DNA from: Malacoraja senta
Lineage: Eukaryota
Assembly (NCBI GenBank): GCA_038087875.1
Contig: CM075993.1
Span: forward strand, 3,784,001 to 3,848,000
DNA length: 64,000 nucleotides
Direction: 5' to 3'
In this document: positions 39,801 to 49,288 of the stretch, piece after piece
How positions within the stretch are numbered: the first letter of the stretch is position 1
Layout of the letters: each line of letters opens with the position of its first letter
Notes under the pieces: generated by a model
What the model saw: only the letters and a program-made list of their open reading frames with translations
Databases searched by the model: none
What the model was told of the DNA's origin: nothing
Position numbers and translations under genes: made by a program

Positions 39801-40957
39801 TGATTCCTCCCCCCATATCCCTTGATTCCGTTAGCCCTAACAGCTGAATCTAACTCCCTCTTGAAAACATCCAGTGAATCGGCCTCCACTGCCTTCTGCG
39901 GCAGAGAATTCCACAGATTCACAACTCTCTGGGTGAAAACGTTTTTCCTCGTCTCGGTCCTAAATGGGGGCCTACTCCTTATTCTTAAACTGTGTGACTA
40001 AGAGTTCAAGAAGGAACTGCTGCAGATGCTGGAAAATCGAAGGTAGACAAAAGTGCTGGAGAAACTCAGAGGGTGCAGCAGCATCTATGGAGCGAAGGAA
40101 ATAGGCAACGTTTCGGCCCGAAACCCTTCTTCTATGGAGCGAAGGAAATAGGCAACGTTTCGGCCCGAAACCCTTCTTCTATGGAGCAAAGGAAATAGGC
40201 AACGTTTCGTCCCGAAACCCTTCTTCTATGGAGCAAAGGAAATAGGCAACGTTTCGGCCCAAAACCCTTCTTCTATGGAGCAAAGGAAATAGGCAACGTT
40301 TCGTCCCGAAACCCTTCTTCTATGGAGCGAAGGAAATAGGCAACGTTTCGGCCCAAAACCCTTCTTCTATGGAGCGAAGGAAATAGGCAACGTTTCGTCC
40401 CGAAACCCTTCTTCTATGGAGCAAAGGAAATAGGCAACGTTTCGGTCCAAAACCCTTCTTCTATGGAGCAAAGGAAATAGGCAACGTTTCGTCCCGAAAC
40501 GTTGCCTATTTCCTTCGCTCCATAGATGCTGCTGTACCTGCTGAGTATCTCCAGGACTTTTGTCTATCTTAAACTATGACCCCTTGGTTCTGGACTCCCC
40601 CAACATCGGGAACATTTACCCCTGCATTCTAGCCTGTCCAATCCCAGCGGAATTTTACACGCTGTTTAACTCTCTCTCTCTCTTTCCCGTTTCAGGTGGC
40701 CAACTGCAATCGCCCTGATAGCTTCCAAGAAGGTGGATGTGAAGCCTCTGATCACACACCGCTTCCCGCTGGAGCAAGCCCCAGAAGCATTCGAGTGCGC
40801 TAAGAAAGGCTCCGGGATCAAAATCCTTATTAACTGCGAACAGCAGCAGCAACAGCAGTGCCCATCCCTCTGCCCACAGCAGTGCCAACCACAGCAGTGC
40901 CCACCGCAACAAAACCAATGCCAGACAAAGCAGTGCCCTCAGCACAGCTTCTTCTGA
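762..40957 (+). CDS. SORD: Sorbitol dehydrogenase-like (MDR zinc alcohol dehydrogenase family), 9 coding exons, 385 aa; Cys-rich variant with Q/C/P-rich C-terminal extension
   Basis: join(762..812,6300..6333,16409..16573,19924..20083,28007..28125,29872..29937,32724..32902,36573..36694,40696..40957) = 1158 nt. All introns are GT-AG, phases are consistent and there are no internal stops. Motifs: [37 protein letters not shown]. Confidence 0.93.
1853..2356. repeat. About 99-bp tandem repeat, about 5 copies, chimeric LINE-derived unit
   Basis: GATTGATGGCT.TGGGGAAGTAGCTATTCC...AGAGAGAGTTAGATAGAGCTCTGGGGGCTAGTG recurs at 1853, 1951, 2050, 2149, 2260. Confidence 0.9.
2896..2923 (-). ncRNA. Minimal hammerhead-ribozyme-like motif in a Penelope pseudo-LTR copy
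   Basis: Reverse complement reads CUGAAGA-A-GGGU CUCG ACCC-GAAAC-GUC: hammerhead core boxes, stem II and a palindromic ACGU helix III remnant. Helix I pairing is weak. Confidence 0.5.
3695..5835 (-). mobile_element. Penelope-like retroelement (RT + GIY-YIG endonuclease), frameshifted and 5'-truncated, with 3' pseudo-LTR
   Basis: ORF pieces [94 protein letters not shown]. Confidence 0.9.
6300..6333 (+). CDS. SORD: SORD-like exon 2 ([12 protein letters not shown])
   Basis: Pyrimidine tract plus tag acceptor, 34 nt, donor G|gtgagt; matches the small ENYPIPEPGPN exon of SORD. Confidence 0.88.
8578..8788. mobile_element. PIF/Harbinger-type MITE
   Basis: TIRs AGGGCCTGTCCCACTTGGGTG...CACCCAAGTGGGACAGGCCCT in TTA/TAA context. 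Relatives sharing the termini lie at about 7071-7387, 14901-15230, 26295-27080, 27690-27931, 30909-31558, 36062-36308, 48448-48974, 54352-54676. Confidence 0.7.
10706..11744. mobile_element. Non-autonomous TIR element, Kolobok-like
   Basis: Imperfect TIRs AGCAATGTTACAAAA / TTTTGTAACATACCT; interrupts an L1 3' fragment. Confidence 0.5.
12012..12552 (-). mobile_element. CR1-type LINE 3' fragment inserted in an L1 fragment
   Basis: [18 protein letters not shown]...WNSLP; (CATAGAAA)n tail. Confidence 0.85.
12860..13255. mobile_element. hAT (Charlie-type) non-autonomous DNA transposon
   Basis: TIRs CAGCGTTTCT...AGAAACGCTG flanked by a perfect 8-bp TSD CTCTAGAT. Confidence 0.85.
16409..16573 (+). 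CDS. SORD: SORD-like exon 3 (zinc ligands Cys, His, Glu)
   Basis: 165 nt; [18 protein letters not shown]...[16 protein letters not shown] boundaries. Confidence 0.96.
16801..18726 (-). mobile_element. Rex1/Babar-type LINE, 5'-truncated, RT ORF open for over 500 codons
   Basis: ORF 17135..18775 with [56 protein letters not shown]-type repeat tail near 16801; inserted into a Penelope-derived element. Confidence 0.88.
19924..20083 (+). CDS. SORD: SORD-like exon 4
   Basis: 160 nt; [16 protein letters not shown]...GRYNLSP...[11 protein letters not shown]; cag acceptor, gttagt donor. Confidence 0.96.
20815..21200 (+). mobile_element. Hero/R2-superfamily non-LTR retrotransposon 3' fragment (restriction-like endonuclease)
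   Basis: Across frames: [36 protein letters not shown], the RLE motif typical of Hero elements. Confidence 0.6.
24300..24780 (+). mobile_element. RTE/RTE-X-like LINE 3' fragment
   Basis: [37 protein letters not shown] zinc-knuckle-like end; (GAA)n tail. Confidence 0.55.
25195..26018 (-). mobile_element. CR1-type LINE 3' fragment
   Basis: Same ORF2 C-terminal motifs; (CATAGATA)n tail seen on +. Confidence 0.9.
26295..27080. mobile_element. Longer Harbinger-type non-autonomous element inserted in a Tx1-like fragment
   Basis: TGGGCCTGTCCCACTTAG...CTAAGTGGGACAGGCCCA termini. Confidence 0.65.
28007..28125 (+). CDS. SORD: SORD-like exon 5
   Basis: 119 nt; [23 protein letters not shown]...ICGAG; tttag acceptor, gtaagt donor. 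Confidence 0.96.
28427..29190 (+). mobile_element. CR1-type LINE 3' fragment
   Basis: [13 protein letters not shown]...RRLRGDLIE...[14 protein letters not shown]; 3' tail (TTTCTATG)n. Confidence 0.9.
29872..29937 (+). CDS. SORD: SORD-like exon 6
   Basis: 66 nt; [22 protein letters not shown]; aag acceptor, gtaagt donor. Confidence 0.93.
30201..30400. other. Assembly gap (200 N)
   Basis: N run in SORD-like intron 6. Confidence 1.
32724..32902 (+). CDS. SORD: SORD-like exon 7
   Basis: 179 nt; [14 protein letters not shown]...[15 protein letters not shown]; cag acceptor, gtaagt donor. Confidence 0.95.
36573..36694 (+). CDS. SORD: SORD-like exon 8
   Basis: 122 nt; [13 protein letters not shown]...[14 protein letters not shown]; cag acceptor, gtaagt donor. 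Confidence 0.95.
36711..37305 (-). mobile_element. CR1-type LINE 3' fragment
   Basis: [13 protein letters not shown]...WNSLP; (TAGACAA)n tail ending about 16 nt from the exon 8 donor. Confidence 0.85.
40084..40500. repeat. 47-bp tandem array (about 9 copies) inside a Penelope-derived foldback element
   Basis: Unit TCTATGGAGCRAAGGAAATAGGCAACGTTTCGKYCCRAAACCCTTCT starting at 40084, 40131, 40178 ... 40460. Confidence 0.95.
40696..40957 (+). CDS. SORD: SORD-like exon 9 (terminal, includes Q/C/P-rich tail)
   Basis: Long pyrimidine tract plus cag; [26 protein letters not shown]...[15 protein letters not shown]...HSFF TGA. Confidence 0.95.
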
Positions 40958-41059
40958 TAGTGGCTCTTACGCTTTGACATTCTTGACCACTGAATAAGTC
41001 ACCCTTCAGATCAGGATTTAAACACCGTGCTGTAATTTCCCAGACAACAGGCCTTCTGC

Positions 41060-41065
41060 AATAAA
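41060..41065 (+). terminator. Polyadenylation signal of SORD-like gene
   Basis: AATAAA about 100 nt after the stop codon, in unique sequence just before the repeats resume. Confidence 0.6.
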
Positions 41066-41220
41066 CATTGAGTATAACCACTGCAAGTCTCTGGTCTATT
41101 TACGTAGCGTCACTCCCTTGGTTCGAATCCCATTAGGGCGGATGTGCTGCAGCTGACAGAGCCAGGGACCAGGGTTCCAACCTGACCTCCGGCGCTTTCT
41201 GCCGTGGAGTTTGCATGCTC

Positions 41221-41700
41221 TTTTTTTTTTTTTTTTATCGAAAAATTTATTCAATTTAAAAAAAATAATATTTACACTACATTAAAACAAGCCTTCAGAA
41301 CCCACCAGCATAATACAACACAAAACATATATCCACAATAAACTACAATACAACTATGATACAATCCTTATCGAGGATACATTCAACACCCCAGCGGTCC
41401 CGGAACTCCCCCAGGGTGGCCGTGGACAGGGCGTATTCCCTTTCTGACCCCACCCGGGCACGGACGTAACCCCGGAAAAGGGGCAGGCTGGCAGCCGGCT
41501 CGGGTAGAGCCCTCCGCCGCCTGGCGCCGTGACTCGCGGATGGCCAGCTTGGCCAGGCCCAGGAGCAACCCAACCAGGACATCTTCAGCCCTCTACCCTC
41601 TCCCCTACGCACAGGGTGTCCGGAGATGAGGCTGGTGGGTGAAAAGTGCAGCCAGAAGGCAAAGGAGCAGCCCCTTTTAGGTATTCAAACAGTGGCTGCA
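41221..41700 (-). mobile_element. Tx1/L1-type LINE 3' end
   Basis: LLGLAKLAIRESRRQ...PLFRGYVRARV..EREYA..FRDRW; poly(T) on + at 41221. Fragments of another Tx1-like family ([14 protein letters not shown]) lie at about 21520-21710 and 26040-26290. Confidence 0.7.
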
Positions 41701-44700
41701 GCCAATGCTCTCTATCTTGGGTGGCACAGCAGTCGACCTCCAGAGTCCCGAGTCAAATCCTGACCACGGGTGCTGTCCGTGCAGAGTTTGCACGTTCTCC
41801 CCGTGACCGCGCGGGTTTACTCCGGCTGCTCCAGTTTCCTCCCACATGCGTGTATGGAACAAGCTGCCAGAGGAGGTAGTTGAGGCTGGGACTATCCCAA
41901 TGTTTAAGAAACAGTTAGACAGGTACATGGATAGGACAAGTATGGAGGGATGTGGACCAAGCGCAGGGAGGTGAGACTAGTGTAGCTGAGCCATGTTGGC
42001 CGGTGTGGGCAAGTTGGGCCGAAGGGCCTGTTTCCACACTGTATCACTCTATGACTAGAGATAGTTGGTTGCCGCGGACATCCCGTGCCAAGTGTTTGCA
42101 GATGGCATTGCCTCACTGATGGTTTTATTTAACTTGTCAGTCAATAGACAATAGACAAAAGACAATAGACAATAGGTGCAGGAGTAGGCCATTCGGCCCT
42201 TCGAGCCAGCACCGCCATTCAATGTGATCATGGCTGATCATCCCCAATCAGTACCCCGTTCCTGCCATCTCCCCATATCCCCTGACTCCGCTATTTTTAA
42301 AAGCCCTATCTAGCTCTCTCTTGAAAGCATCCAGAGAACCTGCCTCCACCGCCCTCTGAGGCAGAGAATTCCACAGACTCACCACTCTCTGTGAGAAAAA
42401 GTGTTTCCTCGTCTCCGTTCTAAATGGCTTACTCCTTATTCTTAAACTGTGGCCCCTGGTTCTGGACCCCCCCAACATCGGGGACATGTTTCCTGCCTCT
42501 AGCGTGTCCAAACCCTTAACAATCTTATATGTTTCAATGAGATCCCCTCTCATCCTTCTAAACGCCAGAGCGTACAAGCTCAGCTGCTCCACTCTCTCAG
42601 CATATGACAGTCCCGCCATCCCGGGAATTAACCTTGTAAACCTACGCTGCACTCTGCTATTATTGTTTGCTAAGAGCTGTAACTAGAACATAGAAGGGAA
42701 CAGCGCAGAAACAGGCCCTTCGGCCCACGATGGTCCATGCTGAAGATGACATCAATGTGAACTACTCACTGCCTGCACGCAATCCATATCCCTCCATTCC
42801 CTGGATAGCCATGTTTTTATCTAAAAGCCCCAAACACCATTATCATATCTGCCGTCACTTCTACCCCTGGCAGTGTGTTCTGGACCCCCACCTCTCTCTG
42901 TGTAAGAACAATTGACCTGCATATATATCTCTTTTAAACTGTGGCTGGGTGGTCTGATCAGGGACACATAAAGGCCAATACTAGCAGGGATGGTCAAGAC
43001 ATTCCTTTTCTGAAGGTTACAAATGAGCCAATAACTTTTTATATGGCAGTCAAATAGTTCATGTCAATTTCAAAGTACAATGAAAATCTTATTATTATTC
43101 TTAATGCTTCTAGATTGAAGGACATTTGTACGGGTATATCGAGAGGAAAGGTTTAGAAGGATATGGGCTGAATTTGGACAAGCGAGACCAACATTAATGC
43201 TTCTTCTTCTTAGGCCCCCTTCGGTCATGGCTGACCATGGGTGTCTCCAGGGTGCTATTCCCTATATGGAGGACGCCTGGACGTGACTTTGGTTAACGTG
43301 GGGAGACTGGTGCACAGACAGCCACCTCGCGGTCCTGGACAGATCTGGGTCAGGATCCAGTGGCATGGAGTCCAAGACGACTGGAGACCCTTTTCTGCCG
43401 CAGCCTTCATCCGCCTTTCCTGCCGTTGTGACGCTCCACTAAGGTCAGCCATCATCCTCCGCCTGTTCCACCGTTGAGGTCTTGGTTGGATTGCTCTTTG
43501 TCAGAGACCTCCCCCTCGACGTTACTGCCATGGGTGGCCCTACCAGGAGCATCGCTTCAGACGGCTATGTACACCAGGGGTTATTACACGAGGTCAGGCA
43601 TGGCCAAGTTGGGCCGAAGGGCCATTTTCCATGCCTCTCTATGACTGTAGATTGTTTACAAACTCTTCGAATTTTAAATTCTGCAGCTAACATGACAGCT
43701 TTTAAACGCACCTCTCTCAATCAATAGTCCAGGGCTTTGCATATTGCCCCAGTAATCTGCTCACTCTGGTACACTGTCATTAGAACATAGGAACATAGAA
43801 AAGAGGTGCAGGAGTAGGACATTCGGCCCTTCAAGCCAGCACCACCATTCAATATGATCGTGGCTGATCATTCAACATCAGTACCCCGTTCCTGCTTTCT
43901 CCCCATATCCCTTGATTCCGTTAGCCCCTAGAGCTATATCTCTCTATTGAAAACATCCAGTGAATTGGCCTCCACTGCCTTCCGTGGCAGAGAATTCCAC
44001 AGATTCACAACTCTCTGGGCGAAAAAGTTTCCCTCATAAATAAGGATCCTTAAGTAAGGATCCTCACAAATACAAGACATTGTTAGCTCTAAAATGATCT
44101 CTGAATCTGCCCTTCCTTGCTTTCTTCCGCAGCTACCTTGAAATAAGAGAAAATAAACGCTGCATTCGAGGATATTCCTTCATAACGTCCATTTAATAAA
44201 TATGAAATTAAGACTTGCAAACTGTGTGAATGGAGGCATACAAACAATGGTGGCTCAGACAATGGCACTGCTTAAACAGAGCGACATTGTAAACATTCAC
44301 ACAAAATATGTAGGAAGGAACTGCAGATGCCGGTTTAAACCGAAGACAGACACAAAAAGCTGGAGCAACTCAGCGGGACAGGCTGCATCTCTGGAGAGAA
44401 GGAATGGGTGATGTTTCGGGAAGGGTCTTGACCCCAAACGTCACCCATTCCTTCTCTCCAGAGATGCAAACATGCACATATATCAGGGTACATGATTTAA
44501 TGAATAGACGCACCCTAGGGTGATTTATCCACATGGCATTCCTAGTGAGAAACAATCCAATAACCCCTGTATTTCCACCCATCAGAAGCAAAATCATGAC
44601 CTTTAACTTCTAAACCAATTAATTAATTTCTAAGGTGCACAAAAATGCTGGAGAAACTCAGCGGGTGCAGCAGCATCTATGGAGCGAAGGAAATAGGCAA

Positions 44701-44739
44701 CGTTTCGGGCCGAAACCCTTCTTCAATTTCTAAACCAGG

Positions 44740-45440
44740 GTCGGCACGGTGGCGCAGCGGTAGAGTTGCTGCCTTAGAGCGCCTACAGCGCCAGACACCC
44801 GTGTTCGATCCTGACTACGGGCGCTGTCTGTACGGCGTTTGTACGTTCTCCCCGTGACCCCCGTGGGTTTTCAATAGGCAATAGACAATAGGTGCAGGAG
44901 TAGGCCATTCGGCCCTTCGAGCCAGCACCGCCATTCAATGTGATCATGGCTGATCGTCCCCAATCAGTACCCCGTTCCTGCCTTCTCCCCATATCCCCTG
45001 ACTCCGCTATTTTTAAGAGCCCTATCTAGCTCTCTCTTGAAAGCATCCAGAGAACCTGCCTCCACCGCCCTCTGAGGCAGAGAATTCCACAGACTCACCA
45101 CTCTCTGTGAGAAAAAGTGTTTCCTCGTCTCCGTTCTAAATGGCTTACCCCTTATTCTTAAACTGTGGCCCCTGGTTCTGGACTCCCCCAACATCGGGAA
45201 CATGTTTCCTGCCTCTAGCGTGTCCAAACCCTTAACAATCCTATATGTTTCAATCTTATATGTTATTCCGAGATCTTCGGTTTCCTCCCACACTCCAAAG
45301 ACGTACAGGTTTGTAGGTTAATTGGCTTGGTGTAAGTGTGAATTGTCCCTGGTGTGTGTGTGTAGGATGGTGTTAATGTGCGGGGATCGGTGCGGACCCG
45401 ATGGGCCGAAGGGCCTGTTTCCACGCTGTATCTCCAAACC
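44740..45440 (+). mobile_element. tRNA-derived V-SINE/HE1-type SINE, split by a CR1 insertion
   Basis: A box GGTGGCGCAGCGGTAG, B box GTTCGATCC, V-SINE core GTTTGTACGTTCTCCCCGTG...GGTTTCCTCCCACACTCCAAAG. Other copies lie at about 21915-22205(-), 22570-22850, 35668-35920, 37310-37980(-), 38638-38815, 47150-47420, 55225-55440(-). Confidence 0.75.
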
Positions 45441-47429
45441 ACCTTCTCCGAGGGAATAGACACAAAATGCTGGGGTAACTCAGCGGGACAGGCAGCATCT
45501 CTGGAGAGAAGGAATGGGTGACCTTTCAGGTCCGGTCTTCGGGTTGCAAGTTCTCATCCCAGTTCAGTTACTATCCCAACATGGCAGACTGAACTGGGAT
45601 GAGACTAAACTAAAGCTTACTGTTGGAAATCAGTCAACCAGTGCACTAAATGATAGGCATTGTGTCAAAATGTATAAACCTGTCATCCACACAATCGATG
45701 ATTGAAGATTTTGGAAATAATAATATTGTGAAGGGTGAATAATTTAAACACGATAAACACATCTACACGCAGGTCTAATGCTTAAATCTAAGAATAAAAG
45801 ACACCTTTTTGACCACTTACTCCTGATTCAAAAATGCTCGCCACAGTGTTCATGAATAATCATAATATTAATCAATAAAGTGCAATGGCTCTCTATCTAC
45901 TGTTCAATATAGCCTTTGGCATGCCACACATGTTCAACGTGAAGTTGTGTTTCAATGAACGAGTCACATTATCAATGTTTGTTCTGTTAACACAGTCAAG
46001 ATCCAGGCTTTGCATCGGCAATCAGTCTGGGACAGGGCGCAAAAGAAACGTTGCTCGCATTTGGTTTCAAGTCCATGGGTTGTAAAACTCCCCCTCAAGG
46101 ATGTCAAGCTCAGGTCTAATTCCACTGGAGCAGCCCTTGGTAATTGTACTTGGCTAAAGGTTCACAAATAAAATCCGGAAATGGTCCTTTTGATTTGTTC
46201 AATCAAGTACATCGTTAAATTCTCGAGCTCGGCAAGTGTTGCTGAGTGGACTTGGCACTGCCTTCCAAACCTGGAAACAAACAGAGAACAAACGGAGTCA
46301 TTCAGCTGCCCGGTTACCTTGCTGAGCCACCTCATCTAACCATTTGCTTTATATTAATCTGCAGGAAGGAACTGCAGATGCTGGTTTAAACCGAAGATAG
46401 ACACAAAAGGCGGGTGTAACTTAGTGGGTCAGACAGCATCTCTGGAGAAAAGGAATAGGTGACGTTTCTGAAGTCTCAACCCGAAACGTCACCTATTCTT
46501 TTTCACCATCTTTTTCGCCATAGAATGGAGCGGCTGGGCTTGTACACTCTGGAGTTTAGAAGGATGAGAGGGTATCTCATTGAAACATATTAGATTGTTA
46601 AGGGCTTGGACATGCTAGAGGCAGGAAACATGTTCCAGCTGTTGGGGGAGTCCAGAACCAGGGGCCACAGTTCAAGAATAAGGGGTAAGCCATTTAGAAC
46701 GGAGACGAGGAAACACTTTTTTCTCACATAGAGTGGTGAGTCTGTGGAATTCTCTGCCTCAGAGGGTGGTGGAGGCAGGTTCTCTGGATGCTTTCAAGAG
46801 AGAGCTAGATAGGGATCTTAAAAATAGCAGAGTCAGGGGATATGGAGAGAAGGCAGGAACGGGGTACTGATTGGGGATGATCAGCCATGATCACATTGAA
46901 TGGCGGTGCTGGCTCGAAGGGCCAAATGGCCTACTCCTGCACCTATTGTCTATTGTCTATTGTCTATTGTCTGTCTGACCCGCTGAGTTACTCCAGCTTT
47001 TGTGTCTATCTTTGCTTGTCTATCTAATTTTTTCTCCTATCTGAGTAGAAAACAGATTTCTCCTATCTGAGTAGAAAACAGATAGATAGGAGTTCCTCTG
47101 AACATCGGGTAAGTCTCATGAAATGTCTATTGAAATCCCCATTTGTCCAATACAACGCCAGAGACCCAAGTTCGGTCCTGACTACGGGTGCTATCTGTAT
47201 GGAGTTTGTACATTCTCCCTGTGACCGCGTGGGTTTTCTATGGGTGCTCAGGTTTCCTCCCACATCCCAAACAGGTGCAGGTTTGTAGGTTAATTGGCTT
47301 CTGTAACTTGCCCCTAGTGTGTAGGACGTGAAACAGGGATAAGTTAGAAGTGTATGGGTGATCTTTGATCGACGTGGAATCAGTGGACCAAAGAGCCCAT
47401 TTCCACACTGTATCTCTAGATGACTAGGC

Positions 47430-48148
47430 AAATGGCAAGTGCAACAAGACCTGGGTGTCCTTGTACACCAGTCACTGAAAGTAAACATGCAGGTGCAGCA
47501 GGCAGTGAAGAAAGCTAATGGCATATTGGCCTTCATAACTAGATGATTTGAGTATAGGAGTAAAGAGGTCCTTCTGCAGTTGTGCAGGGTCCTGGTAAGT
47601 CCACATCTGGAATATTATGTGCAGTTTTGGTCTCCTAATTTGAGGAAGGACATCCTTGCTATTGAGGCAGTGCAGCGTAGGTTCACGAGGTTAATCCCTG
47701 GGATGGCGGGACTGTCATATGGGGAAAGAAAAGGAAAGACTGGGCTTGTATTCACTGGAATTTAGAAGGATGAGAGGGAATTATAAAAGGACTGGACAAG
47801 CTAGATGCAGGAAGAATATTCCCAATGTTGGGGGGAGTCCAGAACCAGGGACCACAGTCTAAGAATAAAGGGGAGGCCTTTTGAAACGGAGATGAGCAAA
47901 AACTTTTTCACCCAGAGAGTTGTGAATTTGTGGAATTCTCTGCCACAGAAGGCAGTGGGGGCCGATTCACTGGATGAATTTAAAAGAGAGTTAGATAGAG
48001 CTCTAGGGGCTAGCAAAATCAAGGGGTATGGGGAGAAGGCAGGCACGGGTTACTGATTGTGGATGATCAGCCATGATCACAATGAATGGCGGTGCTGGCT
48101 CGAAGGGTCAAATGGCCTCCTCCTGCACCTATTTTCTATGTTTCTATG
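47430..48148 (+). mobile_element. CR1-type LINE 3' fragment
   Basis: PHLEYYVQFWSP...[16 protein letters not shown] tail. Other CR1 3' fragments lie at about 15550-15915, 33448-33660, 39082-39415, 42142-42652, 44872-45255, 46520-46970, 50224-50670, 52952-53255, 57903-58180. Confidence 0.85.
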
Positions 48149-49240
48149 AAACTTAATATAGGAATGTGTGTAAGTATACCAATGTAGCAAACATCACAAA
48201 AATAGGAGCGATTTCTACGCAAAGAAACAGCTATTAAACATCTGTGAAAAGCTATGTTAGACATTCGAAATTGTGCCTTGAATCCAAGTTTCCCTTGGTC
48301 CCTCTTTCAATTTACTTTCCTTCCTCCCCCTCTCTCAACTCTTGTCTGGTGTGACTCAAAGGGCAATTTCAAGAGAAATCAGTTTGTATAAGGTTGTCAA
48401 TGTAAATCTACATTCTCTCGGACGATAGACACAAAATGCTGGAGTAAAGGGGCTGTCCCACATGGGCGACCTAATCCGCGAGTTCTGGCGAGTTTGCCCT
48501 CGACTCATACTCGCAGCATGGTTGACACGAGGTTGTAGGAGGTCTTTGTAACTCTCCTTCATGCTCGAGAGTGGTCCCCGCGCACTCGAGGCCTCAGCTA
48601 GGTCGCGGCATATTTTTCAACATGTTGAAAAATGCCCGCGAGTAAAAAAAAGGTCGCCATGGAAAAAATCGATACTTTTTTACTCAAAGGTTTAGTCGTA
48701 GTAGGTCGTAGTAGGTCGGCATGTTAGTCGTAGGTAATCGAGGGTAGTCGTAGATAGTCTTCATCATAGTCGAAGGGAGGTCGAAGGAGATCGAAGGAGG
48801 TCGTCTTCACTCTCCACTATTCGGTGTCCAATTTTCCCGAAGTTAGTCGTAGCTAGTTAGTCGTTGTAACTAGTCTTCAACATAGTCGAAGGAGGTCTTC
48901 AACATGACATTTTTTCAAACTCTCCTAAACTCTTCTAAACTCGCCAATTAGGTCGCCCAAGTGGGACAGCCCCTTAACTCAGGCATCGTCTCTTGATAGA
49001 AGGAAATGGTGACGTCACCATTTCCTTCTATCCGGAAATGCTGCCTGTCCCGCTGAGTTACTCCAGCTATTTGTGTCTGTCTTCAGTGTAAACCAGCATC
49101 TGCAGTTCCTTCCTCTACATTCGCTCATTCTCATGTAACAATTCTCAGCTCAGCAGTAACGTGATCATAAGATAGTCCTTAGATGATACCATTTAGAATA
49201 GGTGAACAAATTACCTCTCAGTCCAGTGGAATGGTCGACA

Positions 49241-49288
49241 TTAGGTGTAAACAACATAGTCCTTGTTTTTGAAACTACTTTTTGTGTC
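49241..49288 (-). CDS. DUOXA: Probable DUOXA last coding exon ([15 protein letters not shown])
   Basis: Acceptor tcttttcattccag in phase 0, matching the exon 6 donor; TAA at 49243-49241; further donor GAG|gtaatt with the exon ending at 49215. Confidence 0.5.
   Translation of the reverse strand, partial: DTKSSFKNKDYVVYT

Noticed and set aside
40084..40500. Regular repeats that could be taken for a CRISPR array
   Set aside because: Head-to-tail units without unique spacers, in a eukaryotic context, derived from a Penelope pseudo-LTR.
40655..40945. Antisense Leu-rich ORF resembling a signal or TM peptide
   Set aside because: Reverse complement of the CAG-rich SORD tail.
44740..44820. tRNA-like sequence with A and B boxes (many similar copies)
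   Set aside because: It continues into the V-SINE core and has no complete cloverleaf; these are SINE heads, not tRNA genes.
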